DNA of 24,000 nucleotides from NCBI RefSeq assembly GCF_958439105.1, contig NZ_CAUDLI010000006.1:35261-59260 (forward strand). The letters run 5' to 3'. This stretch comes from Ralstonia flatus (GTDB lineage: Bacteria; Pseudomonadota; Gammaproteobacteria; Burkholderiales; Burkholderiaceae). Below are positions 11,418 to 20,278 of this stretch, one piece after another. Each line of letters starts with the position of its first letter. The stretch's first letter is position 1. A model generated the notes under the pieces. That model had not been told where the DNA came from. It saw nothing but the letters and a program-made list of their open reading frames with translations, and searched no databases. The translations under genes were made by a program, and so were the position numbers.

Positions 11418-11987
11418 CTATCGCAGCGCGAGACCGACCCAATACATCTTGAGCGCCAGGATCAGGGTGATCAGCAAGGGCGGCCAATGCAGGCCCTTGA
11501 ACACCACCACCACGATCACCAGCAGCGCGACCGTGCCAAGCACCTTGATCGCTTCGCCCACCACGAGGCGGGCGATGGATTCGAACCCCTTGGCCGTCGA
11601 CAGCCGCATCGCGAACCATGCCGAAGGCACCACGCATACGCCGCCGCCCAGCAGCGCCGACAATCCGGCCTCGGCAGCTGACGCAGCGCCCGTGCCCGCG
11701 AACCAACTGCCGACATACCAACCGAGCGCACACAACAGTGTGATGGCCACCTGGCCGAGCACGATGGAAAAGGGCGTGATACGCGAGGCCTGCACAGCCT
11801 GCTCGCCAAACAGGGCGACCGCTTCGTCATGCGAGAGCACATGCACCGGCGGCTCCGCCTGCTCCTCATCGTCCCAACTGTCGTGCTTCGGATCCTGCAC
11901 CGACTGAGGCCGGGCGGCTTTCAACGAAGCGTAAGAATCGGGCCGTTGCCGGTCAGCTGGCTGCATGGAAGAATGTGCTTTCATCAT
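11418..11987 (-). CDS. atpI: ATP synthase protein I (AtpI-like small membrane protein)
   Basis: The 189-aa product is the first gene of the operon. It has a hydrophilic N-terminus followed by four hydrophobic segments (for example ITPFSIVLGQVAITLLCALGWYVG and VLGTVALLVIVVVVF). The start choice between the two adjacent ATGs is uncertain. Confidence 0.8.
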   Translation of the reverse strand: MMKAHSSMQPADRQRPDSYASLKAARPQSVQDPKHDSWDDEEQAEPPVHVLSHDEAVALFGEQAVQASRITPFSIVLGQVAITLLCALGWYVGSWFAGTGAASAAEAGLSALLGGGVCVVPSAWFAMRLSTAKGFESIARLVVGEAIKVLGTVALLVIVVVVFKGLHWPPLLITLILALKMYWVGLALR

Positions 11988-12026
11988 GCCGCACCGCTTT
12001 GGGTCAGGCGGATTTAAAACCGCACG

Positions 12027-12056
12027 ATTTTACGGGACATGGCGTTCGCCAGTCAA
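12027..12056 (-). promoter_or_regulatory. Candidate sigma-70 promoter of the atp operon
   Basis: The minus strand reads TTGACT (12056-12051), an 18-nt spacer, then TAAAAT (12032-12027). The -10 element lies about 40 nt upstream of the atpI ATG (11987). Confidence 0.55.
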
Positions 12057-12316
12057 CGCACAAGCGAACGCTCGTGCGGGCGCCTTCGACAGCACTTCGC
12101 GCGGCCGTGTTCCGTTCGGCGCGCGCAATGCGGTGCTGCTGCCGGGGCACCGAATCCGCCTGATGGAGCGGCGCCCGGTTGATTCCATGATGGTGTCGGT
12201 AGCGCCTAGCGTCGATGACGTGTGAGGTAATCGCACCAATTCCGTGCGAGTCGGCGCCCGCAAATGGCGCAGCGGCAGGGATTCCGGCGCCTGCGTCAAA
12301 CTGTCGCAGATCGAGC

Positions 12317-13228
12317 TCAGGCGGCCTCTTCGCCGGCGTCGGGGCGCAGGCGCGCCAGCAGCCCGTCAAACTCATCAAGGCTGCTGAACTGCACGGTCAG
12401 CTGACCGCGTCCCTTGGCCGCCAGCTTGATCTGCACACCCAAGCCGAGCTGGTCGGCCAGTTCTTCTTCGAGACGCGCCACGTCGCGGCCGCCTTGGTGC
12501 CCGCCCTTCTGCTTCAGGGATTTCAGCTCGAACGGCTTGAGCGTCGACGCCACCAGCTTTTCCGTTTCGCGCACCGACAGGCGCTTGTTGACGATCTGGT
12601 TCGCCAATGTGATCTGCGTCGCACCGTCGACGGCGAGCAGCGCGCGGGCGTGGCCCATGTCGAGGTCGCCGGCCATCAGCATGGTCTGCACGGGCTGGGC
12701 GAGATTCAACAGGCGCAGCAGGTTCGAGACCGCGCTGCGTGAACGCCCGACCGATTCCGCCGCCTGCTCGTGTGTGAACTGGAATTCCCGCACCAGGCGC
12801 GCGATGCCCTGCGCTTCTTCCAGCGGGTTGAGGTCTTCGCGCTGGATGTTTTCGATCAGCGCCATGGCGGCGGCCGATTCATCCGGCACGTCCTTCACGA
12901 GGACGGGCACTTCGGTCAGACCGGCGAGGCGCGATGCGCGGAAGCGGCGTTCACCCGCGATGATTTCGTACTTCGGCTTCGCGCCGTCGGACTCGACCTT
13001 GCGCACCAGAATCGGCTGCATCAGGCCTTGGGCGCGGATGCTCGCGGCAAGCTCCTGCAGCGCGCCTTCGTCCATGCGCGTGCGCGGCTGATATTTGCCG
13101 GGCTGCATCTGCTCCAGCTTCAGGACCGTCGGCGCGCCCTCCTGCTTGGCGGCTTCGACAATCTCGGCCGGGCTGCCGAGCAGCGCTTCGAGGCCGCGGC
13201 CCAGTCCCTTTTTCTTCATCGTGCTCAT
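12317..13228 (-). CDS. parB: Chromosome partitioning protein ParB (parS-binding CTPase)
   Basis: The 303-aa product begins MSTMKKKGLGRGLEALLG and has the IIAGERRFRA box and an HTH region. The ATG at 13228 is preceded by AGAGGAA. Confidence 0.95.
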   Translation of the reverse strand: MSTMKKKGLGRGLEALLGSPAEIVEAAKQEGAPTVLKLEQMQPGKYQPRTRMDEGALQELAASIRAQGLMQPILVRKVESDGAKPKYEIIAGERRFRASRLAGLTEVPVLVKDVPDESAAAMALIENIQREDLNPLEEAQGIARLVREFQFTHEQAAESVGRSRSAVSNLLRLLNLAQPVQTMLMAGDLDMGHARALLAVDGATQITLANQIVNKRLSVRETEKLVASTLKPFELKSLKQKGGHQGGRDVARLEEELADQLGLGVQIKLAAKGRGQLTVQFSSLDEFDGLLARLRPDAGEEAA

Positions 13229-13245
13229 GTTGTTCCTCTTGCTGC

Positions 13246-14031
13246 TCAGGCCGGCATGTCGGCCATCTGCCGCACGCGCGCGATCATCTCGGCGCCGAAA
13301 TCCAGATAGGCCTTCGCCCCCTTCGATGCCACGTCAAACGCCACGCCCGGCATGCCGTACGACGGCGCCTCGGCCAGACGCACGTTGCGCGGGATGACCG
13401 TCTTGAATACCTTGTCGCCGAAGTGCGATTCGAGCTGCGCCGACACCTGCTGCTGCAGCGTCACGCGCGGGTCGAACATCACGCGCAACAGCCCGATCAC
13501 CTTGAGATCGCGGTTCAGGTTGGCGTGCACCTGCTTGATGGTGTTGACGAGATCCGAGAGGCCTTCGAGCGCGAAGTACTCGCACTGCATCGGCACGACC
13601 ACGCCATGCGCGGCGCACAGGCCGTTGAGCGTCAGCAGCGACAGCGACGGCGGGCAGTCGATGAGGACGAAGTCGTAGTCGGCTTCCACCTCGGCGAGCG
13701 CAAGCTTGAGGCGGTTTTCGCGATGTTCCAGATCGACGAGTTCGACTTCGGCGCCGGCCAGGTCGCGGTTGGCGGGCAGGACGTCGTAGCGCCCTGCCTC
13801 CGAACGCTGGCGTGCCTGCGGAATCGTCGCGAGCCCAACAAGGACCTGGTAGACGCTGAATTCCAGCGTGTGCTTATCGATGCCCGAGCCCATCGAGGCA
13901 TTGCCCTGCGGGTCGAGGTCGACCAGCAGCACGCGCTGCCCTTGCGCGGCCAGCCCGGCCGCGAGATTCACCGTGGTGGTGGTCTTGCCGACCCCACCCT
14001 TCTGGTTGGCGATCACGAAAATATTCGACAT
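13246..14031 (-). CDS. parA: Chromosome partitioning ATPase ParA/Soj
   Basis: The 261-aa product begins MSNIFVIANQKGGVGKTTTTVNLA, a deviant Walker A motif. The ATG at 14031 is preceded by AGAGGAG. Confidence 0.95.
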   Translation of the reverse strand: MSNIFVIANQKGGVGKTTTTVNLAAGLAAQGQRVLLVDLDPQGNASMGSGIDKHTLEFSVYQVLVGLATIPQARQRSEAGRYDVLPANRDLAGAEVELVDLEHRENRLKLALAEVEADYDFVLIDCPPSLSLLTLNGLCAAHGVVVPMQCEYFALEGLSDLVNTIKQVHANLNRDLKVIGLLRVMFDPRVTLQQQVSAQLESHFGDKVFKTVIPRNVRLAEAPSYGMPGVAFDVASKGAKAYLDFGAEMIARVRQMADMPA

Positions 14032-14068
14032 GACTCCTCTGCGGTGAATGGCTCGCTACAACGTTCGC

Positions 14069-14737
14069 TCACGCCGACGGCGCGAGGATGACCAGGTGAC
14101 GCTCGGCCGGCAGCCCCGGCACGGTCAGGCGCTCGATGGCTTCGACGGCCCAGCCGGCGGGCAGACGATCGATTTCGGCATCCGGGCGCACGCCCTTCAT
14201 GGCGACCATGCGACCGCCCGGGGCGAGCAGATGCCCAGCCAGATTTACGAAATCGACCAGTTCGGCAAAGGCGCGCGAGGTGATGACGCCATAGCCGGTG
14301 GCATCGGTCAGCTTTTCCACGTGGCCCCAATGCGACTGAGCGTTGGTCAGGCCAAGCTCGGCGCGGCACTGCGTCAGGAAGGCGGTCTTTTTCTGCACGA
14401 TGTCGACCATCGTGACGCTGACATCCGGATAGGCGATGGCCAGCGGAATGCCCGGCAGGCCGCCGCCCGAACCGACGTCCAGCACGCGCGGTGCGTCGGG
14501 TTGCGCACGGCGGGCCAGCTCGGCGATGCACGATACGGCCGACAGCGAATCCAGCAGGTGATGCGTCAGCATGTCGCCGGCATCACGAATGGCGGTCAGG
14601 TTATAGACGCGGTTCCATTTGGCCAGCAGCCCTTGGTACGCCAGTAAACGGTCGACTTGCGCTTCATCCAGCGACAACCCAAGCGCACGCGCGCCGGCCT
14701 CCAGCTCTGCCCGGGCGTCTGTCAGTGCATTCGCCAT
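14069..14737 (-). CDS. rsmG: 16S rRNA (guanine527-N7)-methyltransferase RsmG (GidB)
   Basis: The start was trimmed from the TTG at 14740 to the ATG at 14737. This ATG shares one base with the mnmG stop (TGATG). The SAM-binding motif is [16 protein letters not shown]. Confidence 0.93.
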   Translation of the reverse strand: MANALTDARAELEAGARALGLSLDEAQVDRLLAYQGLLAKWNRVYNLTAIRDAGDMLTHHLLDSLSAVSCIAELARRAQPDAPRVLDVGSGGGLPGIPLAIAYPDVSVTMVDIVQKKTAFLTQCRAELGLTNAQSHWGHVEKLTDATGYGVITSRAFAELVDFVNLAGHLLAPGGRMVAMKGVRPDAEIDRLPAGWAVEAIERLTVPGLPAERHLVILAPSA

Positions 14738-16686
14738 CAAGCGGCCTCGCCTTCTGCACTGGCGCGCGGGCCGACTTGGCCACGCAGCACGCCCTTCTTC
14801 AAATGCACAAGCAGCAGTGACACGGCGGCGGGCGTGATGCCGGAGATACGCGAAGCCTGCCCAATGGTTTCCGGCTTGTGCTTGGCGAGCTTCTGCTGGA
14901 CCTCGATCGACAGGCCACGCACCTGCGAATAGTCAAAATCGGCCGGCAGGCGCGTGTTTTCGTTGGCGCCGAGGCGCTCGACTTCATCGGCTTGCCGGGC
15001 GATGTATCCGTGGTATTTGATGCCGATCTCGACCTGCTCGCGGATCTGCTCGGCCAGCAACGGGTCTTCAGCCAAGGGCGATTCGAGCGCGTACTTGCCG
15101 CCCTGCATACCCATGAGCGTTTCGTACGTCACGTTCGGGCGGCGCAGCAAGTCGGCCAAGGCGTACTCCCGCTCAATGCCCTTGCCCAGCACCGGCTCGG
15201 CATCTTCCAACGGAAGCGTGGCCGGATTCACCCAGGTCGACTTGAGACGCTCTGTTTCACGTGAAACAGCGTCGCGCTTCCGGTTGAACGCATCCCAGCG
15301 CGCATCGTCGACGACGCCCAACGCGCGGCCGACTTCGGTCAGGCGCATGTCGGCGTTGTCTTCACGCAGGCTGAGGCGGAACTCAGCCCGGCTGGTGAAC
15401 ATACGATACGGCTCGGTCACGCCGCGGGTGATGAGATCGTCAACCAGCACGCCCAGATAAGCCTGGTCGCGCCGAGGCGTCCAGGCATCCTTGCCCTGCA
15501 CTTGCAGGCCGGCGTTGATGCCTGCGAGCAGGCCTTGCGCCGCGGCCTCTTCATAACCGGTCGTCCCGTTGATCTGGCCGGCGAAGAACAAACCGGAAAT
15601 CGCCTTCGATTCCAGCGAAGACTTGAGGCCGCGCGGATCGAAATAGTCATATTCGATGGCGTAACCGGGCCGCAGGATGTGGGCGTTTTCGAGCCCGCGC
15701 ATCGAGTGGATCAGGTCCAGCTGCACATCAAACGGCAGGCTGGTCGACACGCCGTTCGGGTAAAACTCGTTCGTCGTCAGGCCTTCCGGCTCCAGGAAGA
15801 TCTGGTGGCTGTCCTTGCTGGCAAAGCGGTGGATCTTGTCTTCGATGCTGGGGCAGTAGCGCGGTCCCACCCCTTCGATCACGCCCGTGTACATCGGGGA
15901 GCGGTCCAGCCCGGCGCGGATGATGTCGTGCGTGCGCTCGTTGGTGTGCGTCACCCAGCATGGCACTTGGCGCGGATGCATGTCCGCGCGGCCCATGAAC
16001 GAGAACACCGGCACCGGATCGAGATCGCCCGGTTGCTCTTCGAGCACCGAAAAATTGATGGACCGGCCATCGATGCGCGGCGGCGTACCGGTCTTGAGGC
16101 GCCCTTGCGACAGCTTCAATTCCTTCAAACGCGCCGACAGCGATACCGCGGCGGGGTCGCCCGCGCGCCCGCCGGTGTAGTTATTCAGCCCGACGTGGAT
16201 CTTGCCATCCAGGAACGTCCCGGCCGTCAGCACGACAGCGCGTGCGCGGAACCGCACGCCGACCTGCGTCACCGCCCCAACGACACGATCCCCTTCAACA
16301 AGCAGGTCTTCCACGGCCTGCTGGAACAACATCAAGTTCGGCTGGTTTTCGAGGCGATGGCGGATCGCTGCCTTATACAGCACGCGGTCTGCCTGAGCAC
16401 GCGTCGCCCGCACGGCCGGGCCCTTGCTGGAATTGAGGATACGGAACTGGATGCCGCCCTCGTCCGTCGCGATGGCCATGGCCCCGCCCAAGGCGTCCAC
16501 TTCCTTGACCAGATGGCCTTTGCCGATGCCCCCGATGGACGGATTGCAGCTCATCTGCCCCAGCGTCTCGATGTTGTGCGTCAGCAGCAGGGTCTGACAC
16601 CCCATGCGCGCTGCCGCCAGCGCGGCCTCGGTGCCGGCGTGTCCGCCGCCCACCACGATCACATCGAATTCAATTGGATACAGCAT
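14737..16686 (-). CDS. mnmG: tRNA uridine-5-carboxymethylaminomethyl modification enzyme MnmG (GidA)
   Basis: The start was trimmed to the ATG at 16686, preceded by GAGGAGGAAGCC. The product begins [29 protein letters not shown], an FAD-binding fold. The family is highly conserved. Confidence 0.97.
   Translation of the reverse strand: MLYPIEFDVIVVGGGHAGTEAALAAARMGCQTLLLTHNIETLGQMSCNPSIGGIGKGHLVKEVDALGGAMAIATDEGGIQFRILNSSKGPAVRATRAQADRVLYKAAIRHRLENQPNLMLFQQAVEDLLVEGDRVVGAVTQVGVRFRARAVVLTAGTFLDGKIHVGLNNYTGGRAGDPAAVSLSARLKELKLSQGRLKTGTPPRIDGRSINFSVLEEQPGDLDPVPVFSFMGRADMHPRQVPCWVTHTNERTHDIIRAGLDRSPMYTGVIEGVGPRYCPSIEDKIHRFASKDSHQIFLEPEGLTTNEFYPNGVSTSLPFDVQLDLIHSMRGLENAHILRPGYAIEYDYFDPRGLKSSLESKAISGLFFAGQINGTTGYEEAAAQGLLAGINAGLQVQGKDAWTPRRDQAYLGVLVDDLITRGVTEPYRMFTSRAEFRLSLREDNADMRLTEVGRALGVVDDARWDAFNRKRDAVSRETERLKSTWVNPATLPLEDAEPVLGKGIEREYALADLLRRPNVTYETLMGMQGGKYALESPLAEDPLLAEQIREQVEIGIKYHGYIARQADEVERLGANENTRLPADFDYSQVRGLSIEVQQKLAKHKPETIGQASRISGITPAAVSLLLVHLKKGVLRGQVGPRASAEGEAA
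15253..15268. other. parS centromere-like site (perfect consensus) embedded in the mnmG coding sequence
   Basis: TGTTTCACGTGAAACA is an exact 16-bp palindrome matching the universal chromosomal parS consensus. It encodes part of ...AVSRETERL... in MnmG. Confidence 0.85.
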
Positions 16687-16730
16687 GGCTTCCTCCTCGC
16701 ATGGAGGCATCAAAAATTTGGAGAAGCGGA

Positions 16731-16736
16731 ATTATA
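16731..16736 (-). promoter_or_regulatory. Candidate -10 element (TATAAT) for mnmG-rsmG-parAB
   Basis: The minus strand reads a perfect TATAAT about 45 nt upstream of the mnmG ATG. I could find no convincing -35 element. Confidence 0.3.
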
Positions 16737-16799
16737 AGTCGGGCGGCTACACCGCAGTTCGGCCGTGCGGCAATCGGGACGAAATTCCCCTGCTTTCCG

Positions 16800-16815
16800 T
16801 GTTTCACGTGAGACA
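16800..16815. other. parS site (one mismatch from consensus)
   Basis: The site reads TGTTTCACGTGAGACA. It lies in the lysR-mnmG intergenic region. Confidence 0.75.
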
Positions 16816-16839
16816 TGCACCGCTTGGTCGCGACGTTTG

Positions 16840-16855
16840 TGTTTCACGTGAAACA
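16840..16855. other. parS site (perfect consensus)
   Basis: The site reads TGTTTCACGTGAAACA. It starts 40 bp from the 16800 site and ends 14 nt from the stop codon of the LysR gene at 16870. Confidence 0.85.
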
Positions 16856-16869
16856 CATTCCGCCGACGG

Positions 16870-17799
16870 TTACTCACCTCTGGCCGAGCGCGCCTGCAGA
16901 AAATCGATGAAGACGCGCAGCTTGCCTGGCATTAGCGGCATGCGGGGGAAATAGAGATGGAAGCGATACATCGGCGGGCACCAGTCATCAAGCACCCGAA
17001 CCAAGCGGCCAGCCCCCACATCGTCGGCGACGAGGTCTTCCAGCACGTGCGCCAAGCCCACGCCCTGCTTCGCCGCCTCGACCATCGCCAGCACGTCATT
17101 GGCGATGAAGCTGCCGGCCACATCCGCCGACTGGTTGGTGCCACCGCCGGGCGCGGCAAACTCCCAGTCGTACAAGGCGCCGCTGCTGGGAAAGCGGTAT
17201 CGGATGCAGCGATGGCCGCGCAGGGCGTCCGGCGATTCGGGCGTGCCACGTGCCTGCAGATACGCTGGACTGCCGACCACCGCGATGCGGCGCGCCGGTC
17301 CGATCGGCACGCCCACCATGTCGCGCTCGACACGCTCGCCGAAGCGAATGCCGACATCAAAGCGGTCGGCGACGATGGCGGACAAGCCGTCGTCCACCGA
17401 AACCTCCAGTTCGATGCGCGGATAGCGCGCGAGGAAATCGCCCAGCACCGGCTGCAGCACCGCCTGATACGCGACACGTGAAGCCGTCACACGCAAGGCG
17501 CCGCGCGGCTCTGTGGCGCGCTCCCCCACTTCGGCCATCGCGCCGTACAGCGCATCGAGGCTCGGCCGCACGACCGCGAGCAAGGCTTCGCCCGCTTCCG
17601 TGGCACTGACCTGCCGCGTGGTCCGCGCCAACAATTGCGCGCCGAGCGCGGACTCCAACCGCCGGATGGTCTGCGACAGCGCAGACGTCGAAACATCCAG
17701 CGCTGCGGCCGCCTGCGTGAAGCTCCCCGCCTCCGCCACGCGGCGCAGCGCATCGAGCGCGGGCAGCAGGTCCGGATCGATTGTGAATTCTGTCTTCAT
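16870..17799 (-). CDS. LysR-family transcriptional regulator
   Basis: The N-terminal HTH is LPALDALRRVAEAGSFTQAAAALDVSTSALSQTIRRLESALGAQLL, followed by an LTTR substrate-binding domain. I prefer the ATG at 17799 over the track's GTG at 17820, because the GTG lies inside the dyad at 17807-17828. The start is not certain. Confidence 0.85.
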   Translation of the reverse strand: MKTEFTIDPDLLPALDALRRVAEAGSFTQAAAALDVSTSALSQTIRRLESALGAQLLARTTRQVSATEAGEALLAVVRPSLDALYGAMAEVGERATEPRGALRVTASRVAYQAVLQPVLGDFLARYPRIELEVSVDDGLSAIVADRFDVGIRFGERVERDMVGVPIGPARRIAVVGSPAYLQARGTPESPDALRGHRCIRYRFPSSGALYDWEFAAPGGGTNQSADVAGSFIANDVLAMVEAAKQGVGLAHVLEDLVADDVGAGRLVRVLDDWCPPMYRFHLYFPRMPLMPGKLRVFIDFLQARSARGE

Positions 17800-17806
17800 A
17801 GTGCAT

Positions 17807-17828
17807 CCGATTCTATCCACTTAATCGG
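17807..17828. promoter_or_regulatory. Candidate LTTR operator dyad in the divergent LysR / aldo-keto reductase intergenic region
   Basis: CCGATT-N10-AATCGG is a perfect 6-bp inverted repeat. It sits 8 nt upstream of the LysR ATG (17799) and 58 nt upstream of the reductase ATG (17886). Confidence 0.4.
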
Positions 17829-17885
17829 CGCGACCGCGCTGCCTAGACTGGCGACTCCTCTCCCTGACCTGACAAGGACTTCGCC

Positions 17886-18899
17886 ATGCAGACACGACAA
17901 CTCGGTCAATCCGACCTGCACATCTCTCCACTCGGCTTCGGCACGTGGGCCACGGGCGGCGGCAACTGGGAATATGGCTGGGGCGCGCAGGACGATCGCG
18001 ATTCCATTGCCGCCATCGCCGCCGCTGCAGACGCCGGCATCAACTGGATCGACACCGCTGCCGCCTATGGGCTGGGCCACGCGGAAACGGTGGTCGGCCG
18101 CGCGCTGCGCACGTTGCCCGCAGACCGCCGCCCGTACGTGTTCACCAAGGGTTCGCTGGTGTGGGACGCGCTGGGGCGGATTTCGCATTCGCTCGACCCC
18201 GCATCGCTCTCACGTGAAATCGACGAGAGCCTGCGCCGCCTGAACGTGGAGGCGATCGACCTGTACCAGATCCACTGGCCGGCCTTCCCGCCCGGGGCGC
18301 CGGAACAATCGATCGAAGCCGCCATTGGCGCGCTGGCGGAGGCACGCCGCGCCGGCAAGATCCGCCATATCGGCGTGTCGAATTTCGATGCGGCGCAAAT
18401 GGAACGCGCCCGCTCGGTCGCGCCGATCGCCTCGCTGCAACCGCCCTACTCGCTGCTGATGCGCGGCATCGAGGAATCCATCCTGCCGTACACGGCGGCG
18501 CATGGCATCGGCAACATCGTCTATTCGCCGCTGCAATCGGGACTGCTGTCGGGGCGCATGACGCGCGAGCGCATCGCCGCGCTGCCGGCCGATGACTGGC
18601 GCGCGCAGCGCAGCCCCGAATTTCAAGAGCCGAATCTGACGCGCAACCTGGCCCTGGTGGAGGTGCTGGGTGGCGTCGGCGCCCGGCATGGACGCACGCC
18701 TGCCGAAGTCGCCATCGCGTGGACGCTGCGCAACCCGGTGGTGACGGGCGCGATCGTCGGCGTGCGACGGCCGGATCAGCTTGACGGCCTGCTCGGCGCG
18801 GCCAGCCTGAAACTGACGGATGCGGATCTCGCGGAAATCGACGCTGCGCTGCCGGAAACCACGGCCTCGCCGGTGCCGCAAAGCGTCGTCAACGCTTGA
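17886..18899 (+). CDS. Aldo/keto reductase family oxidoreductase
   Basis: The 337-aa product begins MQTRQLGQSDLHISPLGFGTWATGG. It contains IDTAAAYGLGHAETVVGRAL and IRHIGVSNF, typical AKR signatures. AAGGA lies 7 nt upstream of the ATG. Confidence 0.9.
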   Translation: MQTRQLGQSDLHISPLGFGTWATGGGNWEYGWGAQDDRDSIAAIAAAADAGINWIDTAAAYGLGHAETVVGRALRTLPADRRPYVFTKGSLVWDALGRISHSLDPASLSREIDESLRRLNVEAIDLYQIHWPAFPPGAPEQSIEAAIGALAEARRAGKIRHIGVSNFDAAQMERARSVAPIASLQPPYSLLMRGIEESILPYTAAHGIGNIVYSPLQSGLLSGRMTRERIAALPADDWRAQRSPEFQEPNLTRNLALVEVLGGVGARHGRTPAEVAIAWTLRNPVVTGAIVGVRRPDQLDGLLGAASLKLTDADLAEIDAALPETTASPVPQSVVNA

Positions 18900-18917
18900 G
18901 CCCTCCGCCAGACAAAG

Positions 18918-18947
18918 CAAAACGCACGGCGCGAACCGTGCGTTTTG
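18918..18947. terminator. Stem-loop terminator between the convergent reductase and solute-binding-protein genes
   Basis: CAAAACGCACGG (18918-18929) pairs with CCGTGCGTTTTG (18936-18947) around a 6-nt loop. The A/T-rich stem ends give short U-runs in both orientations. Confidence 0.65.
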
Positions 18948-18974
18948 CGTGGGCCGATGACGTTGGCTACGTCG

Positions 18975-20123
18975 TCAATTCTGCAGCTTCCACTTGCCGT
19001 CCTTGATTTCGACCATGACGCGCGAGCGCTGGTCCAGACCAAGGTGGTCCTTCGCGTTCATATTCATCACGCCGTGCGAGATCGCCAGATTGGTCGTCGT
19101 CTCCATCGCGTCGCGCAATCCCTTGCGGAACGCCGGCGTGCCGGGTTGGCCCTTTTTCAGCGCTTCCGGCATCGCATTGGTGAGCAACAAACCGGCATCC
19201 CACATGTGGCCGCCGAAGGTGGAGACTTGTCCGCCGTACGTCTTCTCATATGCCGTCTTGTACGCCAGCGCCGGCTTCTTCACCGGGTTGCTGTCCGGCA
19301 GCTGCTCGGCCACCAGGATCGGACCCGCCGGCAGGAACGTGCCTTCGCAGTCCTTGCCGCACACACGCAGGAAGTCGGCGTTCGCCACACCGTGCGTCTG
19401 ATACAGCTTGCCCTTGTAGCCACGCTCCTTGAGCGCGCGTTCGGGCAGCGCGGCCGGCGTACCCGAGCCTGCGATCAGCACCGCATCCGGATTGGCCGCC
19501 ATGATCTTCAGCACCTGGCCCGTCACCGACGTATCGGTGCGCGCAAACCGCTCGTTGGCGACAACCTTCAGCTTGCGCAGCCCCGCCACCTTGTCGAACT
19601 CCTGCGCCCACGAATCGCCATAGGCATCGGCAAAGCCGATCAGCGCGACGGTCTTTACGCCATGGTTTGCCATGTGCTCGGCAATGGCCGTCGCCATGTG
19701 GGAATCGTTCTGCGGCGTCTTGAAGACCCACGCGCGCTTGGCGTCCATCGGCTCGACGATCCGCGCGGAGGCGGCCAGCGTGATCATCGGCGTTTCGTTC
19801 TCGGCCACCACGTCGACCATCGCCAGGGAGTTGGGCGTGACGGTCGAACCGATCACCAGGTCGACCTTGTCTTCGGTGATGAGCTTGCGTGTGTTCTTGA
19901 CGGCGGTGGTCGTGTCAGACGCATCGTCGAGCACGATGTACTCGACCTTCTTGCCGGCGATTTCCTTGGGCAGCAGCGCCACGGTGTTCTTCTCGGGAAT
20001 CCCCAGCGACGCCGCCGGCCCGGTGGCCGACACCGTAATGCCGACCTTCACCTGGGCGAATGCCGTACCGGCCAACAGCGCCGTCGCGGCGAGTGCAATG
20101 CGGGATGCGAGCGATACCTTCAT
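18975..20123 (-). CDS. ABC-transporter periplasmic substrate-binding protein, LivK/LivJ (branched-chain amino acid type I PBP) family
   Basis: The 382-aa product has the signal peptide MKVSLASRIALAATALLAGTAFA/QVKVG. It contains GITVSATGPAASLG and DLVIGSTVTPNSLA, typical of the Leu/Ile/Val-binding family. AGGAG lies upstream of the ATG. Confidence 0.88.
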   Translation of the reverse strand: MKVSLASRIALAATALLAGTAFAQVKVGITVSATGPAASLGIPEKNTVALLPKEIAGKKVEYIVLDDASDTTTAVKNTRKLITEDKVDLVIGSTVTPNSLAMVDVVAENETPMITLAASARIVEPMDAKRAWVFKTPQNDSHMATAIAEHMANHGVKTVALIGFADAYGDSWAQEFDKVAGLRKLKVVANERFARTDTSVTGQVLKIMAANPDAVLIAGSGTPAALPERALKERGYKGKLYQTHGVANADFLRVCGKDCEGTFLPAGPILVAEQLPDSNPVKKPALAYKTAYEKTYGGQVSTFGGHMWDAGLLLTNAMPEALKKGQPGTPAFRKGLRDAMETTTNLAISHGVMNMNAKDHLGLDQRSRVMVEIKDGKWKLQN

Positions 20124-20278
20124 GCCGTCTCCTGAGATAGGTCGAGCGGGTCTGCGCCCGCCCTGAATCTGCGATTGACCGACCGATGGGTCGGGGATGA
20201 ACGAGTCTAGAAGGAGTCACGCCACGCGGGCAAGGGGGAGATACCCCGAAACTTAACGTGTTCACGACCTGGGCGGAC

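Noticed and set aside
15502-16737. 411-aa plus-strand ORF
   Set aside because: It lies antisense to mnmG and is a shadow ORF. The same reasoning applies to 12414..13091, 13423..14091 and 14048..14647, which lie opposite parB, parA and rsmG.
17812-17820. DnaA-box-like TCTATCCAC
   Set aside because: It is a single imperfect box with no cluster and no AT-rich unwinding element, and it lies in the spacer of the LTTR dyad. There is no evidence that oriC lies in this window.
18206-18221. parS-like GCTCTCACGTGAAATC inside the aldo-keto reductase gene
   Set aside because: Only the central CACGTGAAA half matches, and the outer positions of the 16-mer are wrong. A similar CACGTG-centred palindrome, GCTCACGTGAGC at 8951-8962 in atpH, also lacks the TGTTTC/GAAACA arms.
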